61,858 nucleotides of DNA from a virus (lineage: Duplodnaviria > Caudoviricetes): IMG/VR virus record IMGVR_UViG_3300042901_000051, positions 1-61,858 of that record, one strand, 5' to 3'. Position numbers and translations under genes: made by a program. Below the pieces are notes generated by a model. That model was not told the origin of the DNA and did not search any database. It was given only the letters and a program-made list of their open reading frames with translations. Below, in pieces: positions 55,769 through 61,858 of the stretch (position 1 is the first letter of the stretch; every line of letters starts with the position of its first letter).

Positions 55769-57319
55769 ATGGAAATTGTAAACAATAAAGTATTACTGTT
55801 AAATCTCAAACGACCCGAACGGGTTACCGCCGTTATCCCAAAGAGCAAAACGCTTGGAGAGGATAACGGTCTCCATAAAGTCGCGGTTAATTGGGGCTTA
55901 GAAGAAGCACAAGTCCTAAAAAATCTCGGCATCAAAAATATCCCCTCACCAATCGTAAGCAACTATGATTTTGCGGGATTGCACAAGCCATTCCAACACC
56001 AAATAACTACCGCATCTTTTCTTACGTTGCATCGCCGTGCATTTTGTTTCAACGAACAAGGCACAGGTAAAACGGCATCCGTGATATGGGCAGCAGATTA
56101 TTTGATGAAGTTAGGTTTCATACGAAGGGTGCTTGTAGTGTGTCCTCTGTCTATCATGCAGTCTGCATGGCAAGACGACTTGTTTAAGTTTGCTATGCAT
56201 CGTTCCTGTGATGTGGCATACGGTATTCCTGAGAAACGCAAAAAAATAATTAACAGTCACGCAGAGTTTGTGATCATCAACTTTGATGGTGTAGAGATTG
56301 TGGCTGACGATATCAACGCAAACGATTTTGACCTCATAGTGATTGATGAAGCCAACGCATACAAGAACGTAAGCACTAAACGGTTTAAGGTTATGCAGAA
56401 ACTTATTGCATCAGAGCGGTGGCTATGGATGCTGACAGGCACACCCGCATCTCAATCTCCCGAAGACGCATACGGATTGGCTAGGCTTGTGAACCCTGAT
56501 CGCGTACCAAAGTTTTTTGGTTCGTGGCGAGACAAGGTCATGTGGAAAGTGTCACAGTTCCGGTGGCTACCTAGGGAAAACGCTAGTCAGACTGTTCACG
56601 ATGCACTGCAACCTGCAATTCGTTTCACCAAGAAAGAGTGCCTTGACCTTCCGGAGATGACATACGAAACCCGCGAGATACCCCTAACCAAACAGCAAGA
56701 GCGTTACTACAAACAGATGAAACAACAGGCTCTAATGATTGCGGCAGGGGAAGAAATCTCGGGGGTAAATGCGGCTGCAATTCTAAACAAGTTGCTACAA
56801 ATATCTGCGGGTGCGGTTTACTCAGACTCCGGTGAAGTTATACAGTTTGATTGCTCCAATCGTTTGTCAGAACTTGATGATGTAATTGCTGAAGCCAGTG
56901 ACAAAGTCCTCATATTTGTCCCGTTTAAACACGCGATCCATGTCGTTTCAGATTTTTTAACCGACAAAGGCTACTCCAACGAAATCATCAACGGAGAAGT
57001 TTCTGCCAAAGCCCGTACAGATATCTTTCGGCGGTTTCAAAGCGAAGCATCCCCCAAAGTTTTAGTCATTCAGCCACAAGCAGCGTCACATGGCGTCACA
57101 TTGACTGCAGCCAACACCATCATATGGTTCGGTCCTACAACAAGTTTAGAGACATATCTACAAGCAAACTCGCGTGCTCACCGACAGGGACAACACAATC
57201 CCGTTACGGTAATTCACTTACAGGGTTCTCCCGCAGAGCAACGCATCTATAAAATGCTTCAATCGAAACTAGATATCCATAGCCAAATAATTTCACTTTA
57301 TCAGGATCTAACTACTTGA
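55769..57319 (+). CDS. SNF2-family helicase
   Basis: EQGTGKT, IVIDEA, LTGTP, QANSRAHRQGQ. Confidence 0.9.
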   Translation: MEIVNNKVLLLNLKRPERVTAVIPKSKTLGEDNGLHKVAVNWGLEEAQVLKNLGIKNIPSPIVSNYDFAGLHKPFQHQITTASFLTLHRRAFCFNEQGTGKTASVIWAADYLMKLGFIRRVLVVCPLSIMQSAWQDDLFKFAMHRSCDVAYGIPEKRKKIINSHAEFVIINFDGVEIVADDINANDFDLIVIDEANAYKNVSTKRFKVMQKLIASERWLWMLTGTPASQSPEDAYGLARLVNPDRVPKFFGSWRDKVMWKVSQFRWLPRENASQTVHDALQPAIRFTKKECLDLPEMTYETREIPLTKQQERYYKQMKQQALMIAAGEEISGVNAAAILNKLLQISAGAVYSDSGEVIQFDCSNRLSELDDVIAEASDKVLIFVPFKHAIHVVSDFLTDKGYSNEIINGEVSAKARTDIFRRFQSEASPKVLVIQPQAASHGVTLTAANTIIWFGPTTSLETYLQANSRAHRQGQHNPVTVIHLQGSPAEQRIYKMLQSKLDIHSQIISLYQDLTT

Positions 57320-57344
57320 CAATGTCAAATTTAGGTTTTAATAT
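57316..57344 (+). promoter_or_regulatory. Sigma70 promoter with palindrome over -35
   Basis: TTGACA-17 nt-TAATAT; TTGACA-A-TGTCAA perfect inverted repeat. Confidence 0.6.
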
Positions 57345-57374
57345 GGTTGAAAATAAAAAGAAAGGATGCACACC

Positions 57375-57803
57375 ATGAGCGACGAAGTAGAGGAAAAAGA
57401 AAAAGTGACAGAGGATCCGTCTATTGATCAGATGGTCAAAGTCTACATTAAGATTCGTGATCATCTACGGCAACTGCAGTCGGAGTTCGCTGCAAAAGAA
57501 GAAGTATTCATATCTCAAATGGAAACAATTCAGAATCACTTTCTTGAGAAGTGTAAAGAGATTGGCGCAAAAAATATAAAAACAAAACACGGTACGATTA
57601 TTCGTTCCGTTAAAACCGAATATTCAACTAACGATTGGGAATCGTTATATGAGTATATTGACGAGCATAAAGTGCATGACATTTTGCACAGGCGAATCAA
57701 TCAAACAAACCTAAAAGCATGGCTAGAGGAACATCCCACGCTGATGCCCAAAGGTATGAACGTAGTAAATTCTTATTCAATCACTGTGAGGAGAAGTAAA
57801 TGA
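57375..57803 (+). CDS. Replication-module protein
   Basis: VYIKIRD, KTKHGT, DW motifs; start 57375 fits RBS spacing. Confidence 0.7.
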   Translation: MSDEVEEKEKVTEDPSIDQMVKVYIKIRDHLRQLQSEFAAKEEVFISQMETIQNHFLEKCKEIGAKNIKTKHGTIIRSVKTEYSTNDWESLYEYIDEHKVHDILHRRINQTNLKAWLEEHPTLMPKGMNVVNSYSITVRRSK

Positions 57804-58666
57804 GTGACATCACTTTATTTAGCGGTAACAATGTCCCTGACCATATCCGTAATCGTCAAATCGACGACGTAACCGCATCACTTGCGGGTGGTGGCGGATC
57901 TAAGCGTATTTCCATCCGTGGAAAAGTATTTCGTTTGATGGATGGTGGTCAACAGATTGCGGTTAACGAAGACCGTGCAATGAACGTGGTTGTAGTAAAT
58001 GCCGCCCCGCACGTTTCACGCACATTTTATGAGGGTACATATGAAGAAGGAAAGAACGTTCCCCCTGACTGTTGGAGCGCTGACGGTATTAGTCCCGCCA
58101 GCAATGCTCAGAATCCGCAAGCGGCGAGTTGCGCGGATTGTCCACAAAATATCAAGGGATCGGGTCAAGGTGATTCGCGTGCGTGTCGTTTCTCACAAAG
58201 ACTCGCTATCGTCTTAGAGAACGACATCAGCGGTGATGTATACCAACTAACTCTGCCATCGCAGTCTATTTTTGGTAAGCCTGAAGGTGATCGTATGCCT
58301 ATGCAAGCGTATGCTAAGTATCTGAAAGCACAGCGCACTTCGATTACTGCTGTTGTAACCGAGGCTAAGTTTGATATCAACTCTTCTACCCCACGCCTAA
58401 CCTTTAAAGCAATTCGTTGGCTAAATGAAGAAGAACTTGATAACGCAATTAAGCAGAGCAAGTCCCCTGCTTCGTTACAAGCAATTACCATGACCGTGGC
58501 TCAAATGGATAAAGTTGAGGAAGCCGCCCCTGCACCGAAAGCAGAAGTTAAAACCGCTAAAGCAAGTGCGGCTACTTCTGAACCAACAAAACGGGAGTCA
58601 AAGAAACCTGCCGTAGAAGAAAAGCAGGAATTAAGTGACGTGCTTGCACAGTGGGCAGATGATTAA
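57800..58666 (+). CDS. Putative ssDNA-binding/recombination protein
   Basis: RISIRG, CWS.DG..P, CADCPQN..GSG..RAC; acidic aromatic tail WADD; position. Confidence 0.55.
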   Translation: MSDITLFSGNNVPDHIRNRQIDDVTASLAGGGGSKRISIRGKVFRLMDGGQQIAVNEDRAMNVVVVNAAPHVSRTFYEGTYEEGKNVPPDCWSADGISPASNAQNPQAASCADCPQNIKGSGQGDSRACRFSQRLAIVLENDISGDVYQLTLPSQSIFGKPEGDRMPMQAYAKYLKAQRTSITAVVTEAKFDINSSTPRLTFKAIRWLNEEELDNAIKQSKSPASLQAITMTVAQMDKVEEAAPAPKAEVKTAKASAATSEPTKRESKKPAVEEKQELSDVLAQWADD

Positions 58667-58679
58667 TCAACTCAAGGGT

Positions 58680-58700
58680 GCGGGGGGTGATCCCCCGCTT
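58680..58700 (+). terminator. GC-rich hairpin after SSB-like gene (weak terminator/stabiliser)
   Basis: GCGGGGGG-TGA-TCCCCCGC with only TT. Confidence 0.4.
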
Positions 58701-58706
58701 ACGGCT

Positions 58707-58949
58707 ATGGATATTGGATATACAAAGAGACTTGTTGACCGCATAAAGGAACAAGACACTTCGTTGCCGTGGGTACAACTTGGGTTGATTTGCGCAGAGC
58801 GCGAAATTCCTGTGTCCCATGTATCGGAGTTTTTTGGAGTCACACGACAGACTGTTTACAATTGGTTCTTAAACGAGACTAAACCTCAAGAGCGATACTT
58901 AAACAAGATTAAAGAAGCCATAGAAAAACTTCGTAAAAAATCTTTTTAA
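58707..58949 (+). CDS. Cro/XRE-like HTH protein
   Basis: VSHVSEFFGVTRQTVYNWF; likely start 58707. Confidence 0.75.
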   Translation: MDIGYTKRLVDRIKEQDTSLPWVQLGLICAEREIPVSHVSEFFGVTRQTVYNWFLNETKPQERYLNKIKEAIEKLRKKSF

Positions 58950-58959
58950 GTGACGCGAC

Positions 58960-61761
58960 ATGAACCGACAATTCTTACAGGCTGTTACTGCCGAGGGTGG
59001 CTATTACGCTATCGTTGGCATGACCAAAGGCAAACTGCGTGAGCAGATATTTGTCGAGACACTTGATGAAGTAGAAGCGACAGTCGCAGACTTAGCATCG
59101 AAAAATCGGGATATCTTCTTTGGGTTGGCAAAGTTTGCTACTCCCAAGGAACGCACTCGCGCAAATGCTACTCAAGTAAAAGCCTTGTGGTTAGATTTAG
59201 ATTGTGGCGAGGGGAAGCCCTACGAAACTAGAGAAGACGCAATTGCAGATCTTGGTAGGTTCTGCAAAGAGTTGGGTATGCCAAAACCAACTATTGTTAA
59301 CTCCGGTGGCGGGGTTCATGTGTACTGGCCTTTAGATGAAGCCGTGCCTATCGACAAATGGAGTCGTGTAGCGGAGTCGTTAAAAGCCAAGTGTGTACAG
59401 CATGACCTAAAAGCCGACCCTGCGGTTACGGCTGATGCCGCTAGGATTCTACGAATCCCCGGTACGTTTAATCACAAGACCGAAGAACCACGCCCCGTCG
59501 ATATTATTCTTGAAGGCAAACCACGCCGACTAGAAGACCTGATTGCTAGGGTAGGAGAAGTTATACCTCTCGCACCCAAAGTACGTCGCCCTATGGATGC
59601 TGTAACCAAAGCATTGATGGGTAACTACATCAACAAGTTTTCTACGATCAAGAAAAAGATTGACGATGATAAAGGGTGCTTGCAGATAAAGTATTGCATT
59701 GAGAATCAAGCAACGCTAGAAGAACCTATGTGGCGTGCCATTCTATCTATTGCTACATTTTGTGACGACGAAGAAACCGCTATCCATGAAGTATCTAAAG
59801 ATCATCCACAGTACACACCGGAATCAACGGAACAAAAAGTAATACACATCAAGGGGCCATATACCTGCGCAACCTTTGACAAGTTGAGGAGTGGTGGGTG
59901 TGAGGGGTGTATCCACAGGGGTAACATAACTTCCCCTATACAAATTGGCGCTGAGATTGCACGGGCAACTGAAGGGGATAACGAAGTTGTTCAGAAAAGT
60001 GAAATTTTCCAAGAAGAAATAACATTCAAAATTCCGTCGCTTCCATTCCCATACTTCCGAGGCAAGAACGGGGGTATCTACCGAGAGGCTTTCGGTGATG
60101 AAGAAGAACCTTCAATGGTATATGAGAACGATTTGTATTTAGTTAAACGAGTCATGGATGGAGAAGAGGGCGAGTCACTAAGTATGCGGCTACATCTACC
60201 AAAAGACGGGGTACGAGAGTTTACATTGTCCCTGACTGAGGCGCTATCTAAAGATGCTTGTCGCAACGCGTTGGCAAAACAAGGCGTAGTGGCTCTGTCT
60301 GGCAAGCCAATGGATGCAATTATGGCTTATATAGCCCGATCAACTAAGGAGATGCAAATGACTCAACCGTCAGAAACCGCTAGTGTCAGATTTGGGTGGA
60401 GCGATGATGACGATAAATTTATATTGGGTGAGCGAGAAATAGACATCACAGGTTCTATGATGTTTTGTCCCCCGTCTGTTGTAACCCGTAATACTGCACC
60501 CCTGCTACGCAAACGGGGTGATCTTGAGCAGTGGAAGAAAGTATTTAATATCTATGCTGAAGAAGGTATGGAAGCCAACGCTTTCGGCGCTTTATGTGCT
60601 TTTGGTGCGCCACTATTTAAGTTTACCAACCACAAAGGATTGCTTGTTAATTATGTGTCCAAGGAGTCCGGAACAGGCAAATCAACCATTCTTCGTATGT
60701 GTAACAGTGTGTATGGACACCCCGACAAACTGATGCTTCACGCAGAAGATACCAAACTGTCTCGCCTACACCGCTTTGGAGTCATGGCACACCTACCCGT
60801 GACCATTGACGAGATTACTAATATGAAGCCCGAAGACTTTTCCGATTTAGCCTACGCTATTACTCTTGGGCGCCCACGTAATCGGATGCAGTCGCAGGTT
60901 AATGCCGAGCGTCTTAATTCTGCTGAATGGGCAACCATCATGCTGTCTAGTAGCAACGCGTCTTTCTACGAAAAAATGCAACAGATCAAGCAGTTACCCG
61001 AAGGCGAATTGATGCGGGTGTTTGAAATTAAAGTGTTTGGCAATCACAAGATGGACAAGGGGCAGGCTGACGAGTTGTTTTCTTTGATGTTTGATAACTA
61101 TGGCATGGCGGGGGAAATTTATATACGGCACTTATTACCTAACCTGTCGTCAGTCTTAGACTTTATGCAAAAAACTCAGATTCAGTTTGATAAAGAGATT
61201 GCTGCCACAACGAAAGAACGGTATTGGTCATCGGGGGTAGCAAGCATTCTTACGGGTGGGCACATAGCCCAACAGTTAGGGTTACACGACTACAACTTGA
61301 AGCGTATCTACGAGTGGGCTGCTGACATGGTTATGTATTCCCGTGCTGATGTTGAGAGTCTAAAACTAGACCACGACATGATTCTTGCCGACTTTATACG
61401 GGGACACATTAATAACATTCTTATTATTGAAGACGGTATTGACAAGCGATTAGGCATGGCTAAACCCCCCATACGCGAACCACAAAAAGAGTTAAAGATT
61501 CGCCATGAACCGGATACTAACCATACCTATATACCCGTAGAAGACCTGCGTAATTGGTGTGCTCAACGGCAACTGTATTACAAAGACTTAATCTCTGATC
61601 TAAAAGCCAAAGGAATCTATGTCAAGGCAGAAAAGAAACGACTTGGAAAAGGTACGGAGATACCAACCCCGCCCTCGTACTGTATTGTATTAGACGCAAG
61701 CCGTGGGCATTTTATTGATGTTTTAGATACTGCACCCCCACCACAAGAAGATCAAAATTAA
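58960..61761 (+). CDS. Primase-helicase (AEP/RepB-like primase plus DUF927-like ATPase)
   Basis: WLDLDC, NSGGGVHVYW, RILRIPGT, C..C cluster, ESGTGKST, IDEIT. Confidence 0.85.
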   Translation: MNRQFLQAVTAEGGYYAIVGMTKGKLREQIFVETLDEVEATVADLASKNRDIFFGLAKFATPKERTRANATQVKALWLDLDCGEGKPYETREDAIADLGRFCKELGMPKPTIVNSGGGVHVYWPLDEAVPIDKWSRVAESLKAKCVQHDLKADPAVTADAARILRIPGTFNHKTEEPRPVDIILEGKPRRLEDLIARVGEVIPLAPKVRRPMDAVTKALMGNYINKFSTIKKKIDDDKGCLQIKYCIENQATLEEPMWRAILSIATFCDDEETAIHEVSKDHPQYTPESTEQKVIHIKGPYTCATFDKLRSGGCEGCIHRGNITSPIQIGAEIARATEGDNEVVQKSEIFQEEITFKIPSLPFPYFRGKNGGIYREAFGDEEEPSMVYENDLYLVKRVMDGEEGESLSMRLHLPKDGVREFTLSLTEALSKDACRNALAKQGVVALSGKPMDAIMAYIARSTKEMQMTQPSETASVRFGWSDDDDKFILGEREIDITGSMMFCPPSVVTRNTAPLLRKRGDLEQWKKVFNIYAEEGMEANAFGALCAFGAPLFKFTNHKGLLVNYVSKESGTGKSTILRMCNSVYGHPDKLMLHAEDTKLSRLHRFGVMAHLPVTIDEITNMKPEDFSDLAYAITLGRPRNRMQSQVNAERLNSAEWATIMLSSSNASFYEKMQQIKQLPEGELMRVFEIKVFGNHKMDKGQADELFSLMFDNYGMAGEIYIRHLLPNLSSVLDFMQKTQIQFDKEIAATTKERYWSSGVASILTGGHIAQQLGLHDYNLKRIYEWAADMVMYSRADVESLKLDHDMILADFIRGHINNILIIEDGIDKRLGMAKPPIREPQKELKIRHEPDTNHTYIPVEDLRNWCAQRQLYYKDLISDLKAKGIYVKAEKKRLGKGTEIPTPPSYCIVLDASRGHFIDVLDTAPPPQEDQN

Positions 61762-61772
61762 AGGAGAACGCC

Positions 61773-61858
61773 ATGTGGAAAGCCGCGCCTGAAAAAGAAC
61801 CTAAATCTGATACCCCGAAAGACGTAGTCAACCATCCGCCACACTATATGGTGGGTGG
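61773..61858 (+). CDS. DUF3310-like protein (truncated by window)
   Basis: AAGGAG RBS; DVVNHPPHY motif. Confidence 0.7.
   Translation, partial: MWKAAPEKEPKSDTPKDVVNHPPHYMVG

Noticed and set aside
1-61858. tRNA/rRNA genes, integrase, virion RNA polymerase, introns or inteins
   Set aside because: No cloverleaf, catalytic motifs or interrupted core genes recognised by eye; tRNAscan-SE and HMM searches are needed to exclude them

Overview
This window is most of the genome of a tailed dsDNA phage with a podovirus-like, P22/T7-style layout (no tape measure, sheath, integrase or prohead protease recognised), in two divergent arms. The minus-strand arm (42536 to <1) is morphogenesis and lysis: putative TerS, TerL, portal, GroES-like co-chaperonin, scaffold, major capsid protein followed by a pseudoknotted RNA element, a glycosyltransferase, a cluster of small basic proteins, adaptors, an ~11 kb modular fibre/adhesin array, a lysis cassette (T4 T-like holin candidate, 3TM holin-like protein, M15 endolysin), tail nozzle, GNAT, ejection proteins and a >2482 aa polyvalent protein that runs off the left edge and is absent from the ORF track. 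The plus-strand arm (42937 to >61858) holds early mini-genes, a MoxR AAA+/vWA-metallopeptidase module, VRR-NUC, PolA, PD-(D/E)XK nuclease, SNF2 helicase, an SSB-like protein and a primase-helicase. The most unusual signals are: (1) ten copies of a palindrome TTAAAC-NNN-GTTTAA with covarying flanks punctuating the early arm; (2) an 8-bp iteron-like array around an IHF consensus, followed by a promoter, a perfect boxA and a ~700 nt structured leader; (3) a cluster of beta-clamp-motif-like peptides in the giant virion protein; (4) a hydrophobic-x-x-GG peptide shared by ejection and small basic proteins; (5) a T4 T-like holin candidate beside a second holin. All family calls come from motif recognition by eye, with no database searches.
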